Notes: generated from the letters alone by a model not told the origin. Numbered from the stretch's first letter, positions 34,901 to 45,529 are shown. The stretch is DNA of 64,000 nt from Epithemia pelagica (GCA_946965045.2 OX337240.1:2852001-2916000); one strand, 5' to 3'. Program-made: numbers and translations.

Positions 34901-37054
34901 GCGGTCGCGCATAGCAACTTCAATGGAGTCCCACGAGGAGATCCCACGATCGAAATCAAGAAGGACGCCCAGACGGCGAAGCAAATCGCGACCGATGATG
35001 ATATCATAGCGACTGTTGGGAGCATCATAGATATCGACCCATAAGGGATAGGTTACGTGTTTGGTTCGTGAGAACTCTGGAAGAACAATGTCTTCCAGGA
35101 GGATTTCGGACACACCGGAACGAGTTCCCATGGTCGTGTTCACGGAACGGTCGGTAGACCGCGGTATCATGCCTGGTTGAAGGCAACGTGAATGAAGAAT
35201 CGTCTTGTCAGCGCCTGAGTCGAGCAGGGCACGCAAGGGAAGCGTATTTTCAACACCGCCAATATGGCGAGCCATGACGATGGTGAGTGGAACGCATTCA
35301 GGCCGAGAAGGCGAATCGAACGAAGGAACATCACTAGATGAGGGAAATTGGGAGTAGAACTCATCATAAGACTCTAGGTTATCCAAGTAACCGTTATTGG
35401 GATCAATCACCTCGCTTATAAAAGCGTCATCACGACATAGAGACGCGGGCGTAAGCAGCGAGACCTCCTTCAGTGGATAGGTCGTAGATGTGGGAAATGT
35501 CAATTCCGCGCCCATAGATTTTATTGAGCTGGTCGATGACCTTGTTGATGGGTGCATCGGGATGGATTGCGCTGCCGGCATAGCCGTTGGCGGGCCAGTT
35601 TGGATCTGACATTGCTGCGAGAACAAATTGCCCAGGTGATGAGTCGGATCGTCAGGAGACGATGAAAGGGAAGATGAAAGGTGAGACGTACCGGGGACCG
35701 TCTTCTCAGGATTGCAAAGATCGCTCCACTGCTGGATTCCCTCAGCATCGACAGGAATGGTAGGAACGCATCCTGGAGGAGGAGCTACGGCAGGAGGATT
35801 GGCAGGAACGGCATTCCATCCATTACCGGCACCAGCAAAGTCAGAGGCGTGTTGATCACTGCCACGACCTGGGGCAGAAGGACGAGAGCCCCAAGTGGCA
35901 CGCAGAGGAACGGAAGAGCCACCACGTGGGTTGTTATTGCCATTGGAGGAACCACCACTTTGAGGAGGATTGGTTCCGGCGTTGCCGCCACTGGTAGAAC
36001 GGTTAGAACGTTGAACCATGACGTCAAAAAGGCTTTGATTGAAATTGCGACCCGTAGGATTATAAATGCAATCAGCCCAAGAATGGTTGCGATGAGATTC
36101 CATCGTGGTCCGATACGGACAGGGATCGGAGTTGCCATCGGAGGCGCCACGATTGTCTCCGGAGGAGGCATTACGGTCGGAGGAGCCAAGGCGATTTCCT
36201 CCACGTGAGGAGTCACGACTGCCACCGCGGAGTCCACCACGAGAGTGGCGAGAGCGCACGCGACGATCGCGATTGCCGCTGTTGTTGGAGTCGCGAGGAC
36301 GAGAGCGGTCTTGACGAGACTGCGAACGATTTTGTTGTTGCTCACGTAGGAGGGCCTTTTGCTTGGAGGCGCGCTGGTATCCACGCATGGCTTGTAAGAG
36401 GGCATCCGTGTCAAAGTGATTGACAATGTCCGGCACCAAAGGATTGGCTTGTTGAAATTCCGTGCGCCATGTAGTCGGCGAGCCTTGGTAAAAGGCTTGT
36501 TTGATTTCGTCTTCCGTGAGGGGGACGATTGCAGCGTCAGAGCTGAGGTACTTGAGACCATTAGAGAACTTGCGTAGAGACTGCAAATGCGAATCCACAG
36601 TCATGTCCGAGGGCTTTCGAGGCCCGGAAAGAAGGAAGGTGCGGAAAGCACTAACTTCACTGACAAGGACAAGAGGGGCGAAGACCGCAGCAATCAAACC
36701 TTGGAAACAGGCTTTATCGAGATTGGTGCCTGGAGGCAAACCGTTGTAGGCTTCGAGAAAAGGATCAGCGATAGCGCTGGTGACCGAGCGAGGAAAATAC
36801 TCGCAACAAGCGGCGAAGGGGTCCGGATGACCGGAGATGCGGATCTTGTCCACGAAGTGGAGGACCCAAAGAAAGAGATCGCGAGGATCTTCATCCGTCG
36901 ACTCCCGAAAGGGGAGGAGGTTAGCGTAATACTTGTCGTCGTCATCTTTGAGCTTGAGCAAAGAGAAGGAATCGGAGGACAGAGCCTCATCAACGCGACG
37001 TTGGAAGCGGAGTGCATCGACAAGGGTAATGAACCCATTAGTGTTGTCTGCCAT
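31985..37054 (-). CDS. Gag-Pol polyprotein (first ATG at 37054)
   Basis: Gag C..H..H..C knuckle (CPYRTTMESHRNHSWADC); protease LLDSGA; RT YIDDI; RNase H VDASDYQLGA; integrase HHCC, VDLIGP, FDQGGEF, NPQSNALCERLH. Order PR-RT-RH-IN is diagnostic of Gypsy. Confidence 0.95.
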   Translation of the reverse strand: MADNTNGFITLVDALRFQRRVDEALSSDSFSLLKLKDDDDKYYANLLPFRESTDEDPRDLFLWVLHFVDKIRISGHPDPFAACCEYFPRSVTSAIADPFLEAYNGLPPGTNLDKACFQGLIAAVFAPLVLVSEVSAFRTFLLSGPRKPSDMTVDSHLQSLRKFSNGLKYLSSDAAIVPLTEDEIKQAFYQGSPTTWRTEFQQANPLVPDIVNHFDTDALLQAMRGYQRASKQKALLREQQQNRSQSRQDRSRPRDSNNSGNRDRRVRSRHSRGGLRGGSRDSSRGGNRLGSSDRNASSGDNRGASDGNSDPCPYRTTMESHRNHSWADCIYNPTGRNFNQSLFDVMVQRSNRSTSGGNAGTNPPQSGGSSNGNNNPRGGSSVPLRATWGSRPSAPGRGSDQHASDFAGAGNGWNAVPANPPAVAPPPGCVPTIPVDAEGIQQWSDLCNPEKTVPGTSHLSSSLSSSPDDPTHHLGNLFSQQCQIQTGPPTAMPAAQSIPMHPSTRSSTSSIKSMGAELTFPTSTTYPLKEVSLLTPASLCRDDAFISEVIDPNNGYLDNLESYDEFYSQFPSSSDVPSFDSPSRPECVPLTIVMARHIGGVENTLPLRALLDSGADKTILHSRCLQPGMIPRSTDRSVNTTMGTRSGVSEILLEDIVLPEFSRTKHVTYPLWVDIYDAPNSRYDIIIGRDLLRRLGVLLDFDRGISSWDSIEVAMRDRDSFATEHEFVSHFIDLFADDDVLGDDYLLDSNYKQADLDELLAQQTHLTPSQQQDLLGVWLKCGRIFDGVLRAYPDKELHLDLMPDAKPAHHRHYAVPRNIHDTFKKELFRFVDIGILERVGSTEWAAPHFAIPKKDGRIRMISDFRSLNAQMYRRVYPFPRIEDILRRRKGYKYFTKLDISMCFHTFKLDEFSSNLCVITTPFGKFRYRRLPMGVKQSPDFCQELMEEVLADFRDHVEVYIDDIGVFSDSWKEHVEILNKVLQRLQDKNFSITPHKCEWAVQETDFLGHWLTPTGLRPWKKKISAILALSPPRTMKELRSFIGMVNFYRHMYPQRSHHLAPLTALTGKKTFEWSPQCQKAFENVKAMLAHDAFIRYPDHNIPFHVFVDASDYQLGAVIMQENIPVAYFSRKLNPAQRNYTTMEKELLSIVETLKEFRSMLLGCAALHIHTDHKNLTYSTLNSQRVLRWRLFLEEYNPIFHYIPGQDNVIADALSRLPLSEEEEKSVPSKVPSDGPSSGPRSLFDRSGKHSVFQVPRAPNDDPRLASRDADSHESPIFMDEELIDVYLNHPAITANQPLPVDYATISQHQQNDAALMALVQSKPDYYHLQPFPTENPQYNLVCYRQSVNALWRIRIPDSLLAHTVNWYHLVLNHAGSTRLRDTIAMHMTHPQLGLYCDQAVSSCPTCQRSKVVHRHYGELPPREVRGNPWSDIAVDLIGPWTVKVHGMALTFQALTVIDTVTNFCEIIRIYDKTARHVGLQLENSWLSRYPRPVRCLFDQGGEFIGHAFTQVLRNHGIKPVPLTVKNPQSNALCERLHLTIGNSLRAIVNYEPPQNIEQAALMVDTALQTAAYSARTAIHGSLKHSPGSLAFHRDMLFDIPILADMELIRQKRQIIVDERARLANRSRVFHDYKIGDRVLIRATNPDKLALRTSPNPFTITRVHSNGTVTIQRGPHVTERINIRRLIPYRV

Positions 37055-37191
37055 GATGGAGAGATGCAATGGTGAGAAAAGGAAAGGAAAGGAATCAAAG
37101 GACGGGCAAAAGGAATTGCACAAACGTCGGCCGCCGGAGGCGTGTTATGGTGAAGAAGGAAAAACAAGGGCGTTGAGGAATCTGATCAGAG

Positions 37192-37404
37192 TGCCATACC
37201 CATGCATAATGGTAGGACGTAAAAAATATGATCTTTAGGAATTACACTAGGAAAGTGAGCGATGGCCAGAGAAGCCATCTGCACACGGGACAAGGACGGA
37301 CTGAATTCTGAGAACGTCGGTGTCAAAGATGTCACAGATTCAACTAGGGACCTATCGAGTCATGTTTACGTGGAGTCGTGGCGGGACAGAGTCCGGGTAC
37401 CGCA
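37192..37404 (-). repeat. 5' LTR of the Gypsy element
   Basis: Base-for-base identical to 31685-31897. Confidence 0.95.
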
Positions 37405-37766
37405 GTCGGAACAAGCACTTTGATGTCTATATAGGCTAATTAGTGTGGAATTGGTGGAGTAACGGTCACTAGCTAGTGCTTAGGTTCGACTCCTACGTGC
37501 TCCTCCTTTTCCAGTCACGACAACATAGGGCGCATCGCCCGGACGTTGCGCCATAAACACTCGGAAGCGCTCCCAAAAGAGACTCGAGTCCTACTACTAC
37601 TACTACTCCTTGTAGTGTATACTGGCACGCCAGTCTTGCGGTCCGAAACGATCATGCAAGAGATGTCTGGCGGATGATACAACACACAACGTTTGCTGCT
37701 GGCAGTGTGTGTTTTGCTCGATTCTATTATTACTTTAGCAACAGGAATCCAGGTCTCGATAGTAAT

Positions 37767-37768
<2 letters not shown>

Positions 37769-37837
<69 letters not shown>

Positions 37838-37838
37838 G
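37769..37838 (+). repeat. (AGAC)n microsatellite, about 17.5 units
   Basis: Perfect tetranucleotide run. Confidence 0.95.
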
Positions 37839-38392
37839 CCTTTTATGATCTGTGGAAGAACGCACATGCCGCCTGTTTGTTGTTGTTGTTGTTGTTGTTG
37901 TTCTGCTTGGTGTGGCTAGCTGTGGAACTACAGGATACGGTAGAGGCATCGAAGAATGTGACGAAACCAAGTTCGGTGGACGTGAGATTCCAGAAACGCT
38001 GTCCCGATCTTTCTTCCGACCAAGACCAAAAACTCTCGAAATTCTACGGGACTGACAAAAATGTCAGACCCGTGTGGTCATTTTTTGGCAATATATACAC
38101 CCCACCACGTTTGTCGACAACATTGGACGGGATCCAACAGGGCATGGTGGTGGAGTAGCAGTCGTTGTACTCTTGGAAGGTGGTGGACCGATTCCCTTGG
38201 CCGCGCCATGAATGCTCAACATGTCTGTGTCGTGGTGGATTGCTAGGGACATTCTGTTGGTTTGGTTGCAGGAATCCATGTCTCGACTGAGACTAGAGAC
38301 AGTGGGAAGGAACCATCCACACCAAACAACAACAACAACGACAACAACAACAAGCAGGACATGTGTGTGTTCTTCCGCAGATAAAAAAGGCT
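37837..38392. repeat. Diverged inverted repeat pair 37837-37915 / 38317-38392
   Basis: AGCCTTTT..ATCTG(T/C)GGAAGAAC..ACATG...(GTT)n..TTGGTGTGG present on opposite strands. Confidence 0.75.
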
Positions 38393-38882
38393 CTACCCAC
38401 AATCTCTCTGTACGCCGAAATGGCTGGCTGACTGGCTGTGTGAAGAGGAACTGCAGTCAGTACGGGAGGAATTCTCCCATTGGACAAACCAAAAAAGTAA
38501 AAAATGTGACGAAACAAAGTTCGGCGGACGTGAGAGAAACGCTGTCCCGATTCCCGAGCGAGTCTGTCGTCCGACCAAGACCAAACTGGCTTCATTACGG
38601 GACTGACAAAAATGTCGGACCTGCCCGCGCTTTTCTCCGTTGTGTGGTCATTTTTTGGCAACCACGTGTGTTGGTCGGCACGACAACGAGAACGAGAAAT
38701 TAACATAGTGGAACAAAGAGGAGACCATTCGGTGGTTGTGCTCGGGTGGGTGACCTCCCTTGTTTCATTCTTCTGCTGCTGCTGCTTCTTCTTCTTTAGC
38801 TTTGAGGACACTTGTTGGTGGAGAGTTTGACGCTCCAATCGTTTTCTCGAGTGTCGTTCAGGATCTATTGCTGCTGCTGCTG
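37955..38882 (+). repeat. Block-conserved direct repeat (37955-38091, 38503-38660), with homology extending to 38882 against 51622-51985(-)
   Basis: Shared blocks AAGTTCGG(C/T)GGACGT, CAAGACCAAA, ACGGGACTGACAAA, GGTCATTTTTT. Confidence 0.75.
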
Positions 38883-38924
38883 CGTCCACCGTTTACCAAC
38901 AACAATAAAACCAAGTCGCCAAAA

Positions 38925-41361
38925 ATGAGGTCATCATCATCTTCTTCTCCTTCTTCTTCTCCACTCCTGTTGCGTCTTTCCTGGACGTGGTTCTGGTCTT
39001 GTTTGGTGACAGCCAGTGTTTTGCCCTATTTCATGGCTCGATCCCTCTTTGTGGTGCGGCAGCAGCACTCGTCGTCGTCATGGAGTCCCCCGACGACGAC
39101 AACCACCACCACAACCACAACCAGCACTTTTCCTCCTTCCTCCAAGCAAACTGTGGAAGTTGTGTACGTCAATGATGATGCTCCTCCAGCAACCGCCGTG
39201 GTACAACGCCAGTTTCCAGCGCCTCGATTGCATCCGGGCAAGGTTCCTCCCTTGGCACGCTACACGGGTCAATGCTTTGACAATCCCTTGGTGGATGCCG
39301 AATCAACCAACCCTGAATCGACCACTCCTACTAGTACTGCTGCTACGACGACGACCACCACCACGTGGAGTCAACATCGTGTCGATGTGCACCTGGACCT
39401 GGAGGACTCCTCAAGCCATCACAACGTGACCACCACCGAAGACCATGACTACGATCACCAGGGGGGTCCGTACGAACCAGCTGGCCAGCACTTGTTGATG
39501 GATATTCAACACGTTTCGCCCCGCTTCTTGTTGGATACGCACCAGCTCGTCCAGGCCATGTTGCAGATTGTCACCCAATCCAAATTAACCTTGTTGTCCT
39601 ATCATTGTCATGATTTGCAGGCACCCCTGGGCGTGTCTTGTGTCGGTGTCTTGCTGGAATCGCACGTGTCCTTACACACCTGGCCTCATGCCGGGGTCAT
39701 TGCCTTGGGTACGTATTCAATATATCTTTCGCCGAGTGATGGTCACAGTATCCTTCTCCTCCTCCTGTGAGGACGGCAGGGGCCGTGTGTGTGTGTTTGT
39801 ATGTGGTGGTCCCCAAGGATTCTAACGTCGTTTTTTGGTGTTGTCGTGTTTTCCTCTGCTGTGGCTGTTGGTGTCGTCGGTGTTGTGGGTTTCGTTTTGG
39901 TTCTCCTCTTTCTACCTATACCATTGTATAGATTTGTTTACCTGTGGGTCCCAAAGTTTGCTGCAGCTCTTGCCCTTGTTGACCGACTTGTTTGCCATTC
40001 GGGACGACAGTGTCGCACAGGCACTACTCCCATACATGACGTGGTCGCACAAGAAACGTGGCTATCGCAATTATTTTGACAGCGACGGCTCCTTGCGGTA
40101 CACCAACCACAGTAACGATAACGACAATGAGTACAACCACAACCACACGACCACCCATACTGCCGTCGTCGAACCAACAAGCACCACGAAAAACCAAGTG
40201 GAACAATACGTCTTGGGATGGACGGGCCGAGACTCTCACGCCAAGACCCCGCAACTCGTGTTGGAAACGCCAAACAAGAATACCGTGGAAGTCTATGGAA
40301 CGACGCAGTCCAAGACTTTGTTTTGGAATGGTGTCTTGCACTCCACAGTTCATGGATTGTCCGCCTATTATGAATCCCTCGTCCATCCAGTCATGACCAT
40401 ACTGATCGAAGAAGCACAACAAGAACAACACGAACCCCGGTTGCGAGTGGCCATTGTCGGAGGAGGCACGGGTGCGACGCTCCGTCACGTGTTGCAGTAC
40501 GACGCATCGGTTGTGGAATCGTGTACCTTGATCGAACCGGATGCCGAATTCCTTGACCTGGCTCGCGTCCAGTTGCCCGAATGGAATGAGTGTCGGGAGT
40601 TGCTCATGGTGAATGCCAATCAGAACCACAACACTACGACTCGCCCCAATGGCTATCCGTCGTGTTTGGATCATCCACGCGCTCGAGTGGTGCCGCAAGA
40701 TGCCCTGTCGTGGTTCCGGGAGCGATACCCTGAAAACGGAACCCGCGAGGAGGAGAACCAAAAGTTGAATGTGATTTTTGTGGATGCTCCGACCTGGTCC
40801 ATGAATGAACAGTTGGTGTCGGCCTTGATGTCGGCCTTGACCGATCGAGGTGTCCTGGTCCTTCCCGTCGGCCGTGCCACCGCTTGGTCGTCCTTGCCGA
40901 GAAGTAAAAGAACAAATACTCTCGCGCTCAATGCGGTTCCCGACGAATTCTCCAGGCACGGCATGATTCCCCTGGCGACCTATCACGCGCCGCATCCGGG
41001 ACGACCGGGAGGCCCCAGTGTGCAAGTGCAAATTCTGGGTCGGAGGGACTCCACTCGTCGTATGACGACTACGACGAGTAGTACGTTGGCGGACGAACCC
41101 GCCCGCATGGACTTGCGTCTGGCCAAGACCCGGACCGCCACGGTTTCTTTGTATTCCATGGATGGTGCCACTTGGGCATCCTCGGTACGACAACCACCCT
41201 CCTCGTCCTCTTGTCGTCCAACCGTGAAGGAGGAGGATACGGTACTTGGGGACTGTGTTGGGGATCGCAACGACGACGACGACGACGACGAGTTCTTGTC
41301 GTTGTTGGTGGAACGGTTCGAGGCGGCTCCCATTCAACAAATCCTTCAACGACAACAATAA
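38925..41361 (+). CDS. S-adenosylmethionine decarboxylase - aminopropyltransferase fusion (no SET); exons 38925-39708 and 39932-41361
   Basis: N-terminal hydrophobic anchor; prokaryotic-type AdoMetDC GQHLLMDI...GVLLE/SHVSLHTWP...IAL|DLFTCG across a GT-AG intron; spermidine-synthase-like YYESLVHP, RVAIVGGGTG, IEPD, VIFVDA. Confidence 0.9.
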
Positions 41362-41800
41362 CAATAACGATAACAATAATAACAACGACAAACGGTTGTT
41401 GGAAACGGTGTCTGCCACAAGCGAGACACTTGGTGGGACTACTAGGTAGCTAGCTAGAGACTGGTACAACGACGCCGTTTGGTGCAAAGCGCAGTCATGT
41501 TTTATAGCCAAACGTTTGTTGTGAAGTCTCCTCGTACAATCTCTTTCCTTGGATGGCGGCGTTGTTGGTGTGGTGGTGGGCGGATTATCTAGGAATAGGA
41601 GACAAAGACCCAAAGAAGAAGAAGAAGAAGTTTGGATTTGAATTGTCGTGAGGATTCGCGTCCCACAAAAGCGACTGGAAATGAAGAGGTCGCTTCTTAA
41701 ACGTTTTGGGGTCGCGTTAAGGAAAGAACACCGACCATCTGTTTGTTTCATCCATCCATCACATGGGTGTTCTATTATTGTTTTGTTGGTGTGGTTCTCC

Positions 41801-43885
41801 ATGGTATCCTTCTCTTCCTCCTTGTCCTCGTTTGTTGTTTGTGGGAGGAACCCAGTAAAACAACAACAACCACAACAACCACAACGACAACGACAACGAC
41901 AAGGATCGACCTTTGCTGTGGTCGCACTGGTCATGACAAGTATTATGATGATGATGGCACATTCGTCCAGCCGGTGGTTCCTGCCAACGGCCACTGCCTG
42001 GCAACCAATCCTCACCACCGCCAGAACGACGACGTCTAACATTCGTTCTAGTCGATTCTTGTCGTCGTCACGGTTGCTTCCAATCCGAACCAAAAGAACA
42101 AGAGCAACAACACGAGGAGGCCCATTCGTTTCGCCGACTGCCTTGTTTCAATCTTCTTCTTCTTCTTCCTCCTCGTCCTTTTCTTCCGTGGCTTCTCCTT
42201 CTCCCAATCCTCCTCCTACCAACAACAACAATGACGACGAGTTGGAATTGTTGTCGGGCTACCAACGTCCCGTCTTGCATTGGTATCCGGGTCACATTGC
42301 CAAGGCCGAACGGGAATTGCAAGAAGTCTTTCTCCCAGCTGTTGATGTCGTGGTCGAAGTCCGGGATGCCCGCATTCCCAAGGCCACGGCGCATCCCCTC
42401 GTCAGTGACTGGTGTGCCAGCAAACCCCGCATTGTCGTCTTGACCCATGCCGATTGCATTCCTCAAACGGCCAAGCGCGATTGGCGCAAGGCCTATGACC
42501 AATTTGGAGCTCATGCCATGACGAGCAGTCAAAGCAATACCAAGACCAATAAAAAACAAGTGCAACATCAAGCTCGACAAGCCGCTCACGAACGGGCCAA
42601 ATATACAACGACGAGCAAAAAGTCCAGCCACAAGAATAACAATCCCAACGACGACACTACAGATCCGATTCATTCCGTCGTCTTTGTCAATGCGCAACAG
42701 GGGACCATGATGGTACCCTTGAAAAAGGCCATTGCCCAAGCCGGTCGACATGTTCAAGAACGTCGGCAACGACGCGGCTTGAAACCCCGACCGCTCCGCG
42801 TTGGCTTGTTGGGGTACCCGAATGTTGGCAAATCGGCACTCCTCAATCACTTGCTCGGTCGTCGTCGGGCCAAAACGGCCAATGTGCCGGGCGTGACGCG
42901 ACGATTGCAATGGATCCGGTTACGAACCGATGTCGATGTCAGTGTCCCAGCCGCCTCGCGGACCAATCCGGGCACGACGGTGGGTGGCACGCCCATTTTG
43001 GAATTGCTCGATTCGCCCGGCATTATTCCCTTGCAATTAAAAGAATGTCAATCGGATGCCACCTTATTGGCCGCTTGTCATTTGCTCGGCGAAGCCGCCT
43101 ATGACAATCCCCAAGTCGCCGCCTATTTGATGCAATGGATGTTGCAAGTGCATCGGCACAATTGGCACCATCGACTCGCACCGACGTGGCGACGGGCCTT
43201 TGAAGGACGGTACAAACTCGATCCCTTGTCGCCCAAGGAAATTCAAGAATTGCGACCCCTCAGTGGAATTGGCGGTCCCAACATGTATGAGGACGAGGAC
43301 GACGATAGTACTACGACCAAACCATCCACCAGCTCGTCGTCGCCGCACCATGAATTTGTCCGCACGCACGTGAATGAGGATGGTGTGCCCGTCTACATCT
43401 ATCGTCGCCCTCGCACGGGCGAAGATTTGTTGCACGATGTCGCCGATCGCATTTTCTTTGGCAAGGTGGAAGATGCCGCTCGTCGCATTTTGCACGATTT
43501 TCGCAAGGGCCGTCTCGGCTTGATTTGTTTGCAACGACCGCCTCAACAGGCCAGTGATCCCGGCCAAGATCCCGTCTTGCCCGAATTGAACGACGCACAA
43601 GCGCAACGACGACACGATTCCTACAGTCTGTACGAATGGGAACAACGACAAGAACGAGCCGTTGTGGCTCAAGAAGCGGCAGCCGTCCTGGGATTGGAAT
43701 TGCCACCGGCGGTCGTAGCGCAACAACAACAAGCACAACAACAACAACCAGAGGACCAACACACCGACACACATGTATCCCAGTCCGAGGACCGTTCCAT
43801 CCAGGAGAGCGGCGACAACCAGGACAACCAGGACAACAACAATGACAATGACGATGTGGGACGAGGACTCTTTGATGGATGGTAA
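41801..43885 (+). CDS. RbgA/YlqF-family circularly permuted GTPase, probably plastid-targeted
   Basis: WYPGHIAKAERELQE, VDVVVEVRDARIP, GLLGYPNVGKSALLN (G1), PGVTR (G2), LLDSPG (G3); presequence with ATA-W; start chosen at ATG 41801. Confidence 0.88.
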   Translation: MVSFSSSLSSFVVCGRNPVKQQQPQQPQRQRQRQGSTFAVVALVMTSIMMMMAHSSSRWFLPTATAWQPILTTARTTTSNIRSSRFLSSSRLLPIRTKRTRATTRGGPFVSPTALFQSSSSSSSSSFSSVASPSPNPPPTNNNNDDELELLSGYQRPVLHWYPGHIAKAERELQEVFLPAVDVVVEVRDARIPKATAHPLVSDWCASKPRIVVLTHADCIPQTAKRDWRKAYDQFGAHAMTSSQSNTKTNKKQVQHQARQAAHERAKYTTTSKKSSHKNNNPNDDTTDPIHSVVFVNAQQGTMMVPLKKAIAQAGRHVQERRQRRGLKPRPLRVGLLGYPNVGKSALLNHLLGRRRAKTANVPGVTRRLQWIRLRTDVDVSVPAASRTNPGTTVGGTPILELLDSPGIIPLQLKECQSDATLLAACHLLGEAAYDNPQVAAYLMQWMLQVHRHNWHHRLAPTWRRAFEGRYKLDPLSPKEIQELRPLSGIGGPNMYEDEDDDSTTTKPSTSSSSPHHEFVRTHVNEDGVPVYIYRRPRTGEDLLHDVADRIFFGKVEDAARRILHDFRKGRLGLICLQRPPQQASDPGQDPVLPELNDAQAQRRHDSYSLYEWEQRQERAVVAQEAAAVLGLELPPAVVAQQQQAQQQQPEDQHTDTHVSQSEDRSIQESGDNQDNQDNNNDNDDVGRGLFDGW

Positions 43886-44521
43886 ATCCATTCCATAGTA
43901 AAAAAGACACACAGGAGGAACTAATACCTAGTACTTTGTAGTATAGTATCAGCACTCGTCGATACTACCATTCGCACGCGCGGCAAGAGCCCATTGCGGA
44001 ACGACGGTCCATCCGCACAGCTCTTTGAGTGCCACTAGCTATAGAGTAGGAGTAGCTAGGAGTAAGGAACCTGCTAGCATGGATAGTTTTAGTCTTGTGT
44101 GCGGGGCAGGATTCTTTTGGGTCGCCGATATAGACCCATGACTCCGTCTGACTCGTGATTCCAATGACACCCTGGCGGATGTGTCAGATCGCCCTCAACA
44201 TGTGGACATGACAACCAAACAACAACTAAACAAAAACAACAACCACAACCAATATAGACAAGAACACAAAAGCTCTGTTTCACAAACCAACACTGGACAC
44301 GACCAACGCAGTGTGGGTGTAACAACGCAAGACAAGGCCACAGTCACTGCAACCCTAATCAATAAGAAGAAACACGCAAGATTGCCTCATTCTCATCACC
44401 ACCAGCATCACCACATACGATCATCATCCACATTCTCATCATCCGCAGCAATCGCAGCAGCCGAGAAGGACCAGAATCCTATCATCATAATATCATCCAG
44501 AACAACAACATCAACGACAGT

Positions 44522-45529
44522 ATGACCATGACAACAACTTTTACCCCAAAGAGGACGACTCGACCCATCACCACCCTTGTGTGGTGGTACTGCTTCCTGT
44601 TGTTGCTGGTGGGAGCCAGTTGGTCTCGAACCACCGTCACGAGTGCGACGACAACCACTACAAGCACAACAACACCCAACAGACTCGCCAGAACGGCCTT
44701 TGTCGTTTCCCAACGAACGACGACCCAAAGAAGAAGAACATCACCGACCCACACCCATGGCGTCGTGTTGTTTCAATCCAGCAAGGACGACGACGACAAT
44801 GACTCACTGTCACGACCCCCACCCGTTTCGTCCCTCATTACGCCCCAATCCAGTTCTCGGAGTGCGCAACCACCCCAATCCCAATCATCCTCGCAATCCA
44901 AATTACCCGCCGAATTTGAGTATCAAGAATTGCGCGCCCAAGTCCAAGCCTTGGCACGAGCCGGTTGGTCGACGTTTGATACGGCGCAATCCTTGTCGTC
45001 GGACCGACACGCCGAATTGCAAAGCTATTTGCAAACGATTGTCCAACAACGACCGTCGCCCGTACCCTTGACCAACTTGGAATCGCACTTGCAACATTCC
45101 TCGTGGCGCTTGTCCTACAGTACACCAGCCTTTTGCGCGTCGTCTGGATTGCCCCGCGATGCCACTGTCTCGGTCGAGTTTGGCGGCAACTCGTTGGACG
45201 ACACTGCCACGTATCGATTGGACTTTACCAACAATGCCCTGTTGCAAAACTTGGTTGCCACGTGTACCTGGAGTGTGGGAACGGATCCGACCGCGACGGA
45301 TGCCAATTATGCCGGCGTCGTGACACTCACGTATCAACGCATTGCCACATCGGTGTTGGGATTCCAAAATGTCGGCATTGGCACGTTTGGATTACTGCAG
45401 GGACAGCAAACTTATATTCAAACCGTCTATTGCGATGACGCCTTGTGGATGGAAGTCGGTACCACACCGCAAGGGGACTCCTATACCAATGTCTATACGC
45501 GAGTCGTCGAGGAGGACGACCAATCCTAA
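44522..45529 (+). CDS. Presequence-bearing hypothetical protein, possibly PAP/fibrillin-like
   Basis: Signal peptide plus Thr/Arg-rich transit region; C-terminal beta-rich domain WRLSYST...IQTVYCDD.LWME resembles fibrillin/lipocalin-like folds. Confidence 0.5.
   Translation: MTMTTTFTPKRTTRPITTLVWWYCFLLLLVGASWSRTTVTSATTTTTSTTTPNRLARTAFVVSQRTTTQRRRTSPTHTHGVVLFQSSKDDDDNDSLSRPPPVSSLITPQSSSRSAQPPQSQSSSQSKLPAEFEYQELRAQVQALARAGWSTFDTAQSLSSDRHAELQSYLQTIVQQRPSPVPLTNLESHLQHSSWRLSYSTPAFCASSGLPRDATVSVEFGGNSLDDTATYRLDFTNNALLQNLVATCTWSVGTDPTATDANYAGVVTLTYQRIATSVLGFQNVGIGTFGLLQGQQTYIQTVYCDDALWMEVGTTPQGDSYTNVYTRVVEEDDQS

Larger units (their letters stand above)
31685..37404 (-). mobile_element. Intact Ty3/Gypsy LTR retrotransposon
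   Basis: Identical 213-bp TG...CA LTRs (31685-31897, 37192-37404); 5-bp TSD GTCGG (31680-84, 37405-09); PPT; single gag-PR-RT-RH-IN ORF. Confidence 0.97.

Noticed and set aside
37456-37510. tRNA-like sequence (GGTTCGACTCC T-loop, partial acceptor stem, TTTT) just beyond the Gypsy insertion
   Set aside because: Only about 17 nt between the acceptor 5' strand and T arm, so no room for D and anticodon arms; A-box to B-box spacing too short.
37515-38703. ORFs containing SVCL/RQTD and poly-V/T tracts
   Set aside because: Translations of microsatellites within duplicated non-coding sequence.
40024-42093. 689-aa minus-strand ORF and similar long antisense ORFs (2390..3016, 31871..32428, 34031..34750, 43064..43912)
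   Set aside because: Shadow frames of well-supported genes on the opposite strand; no motifs of their own.
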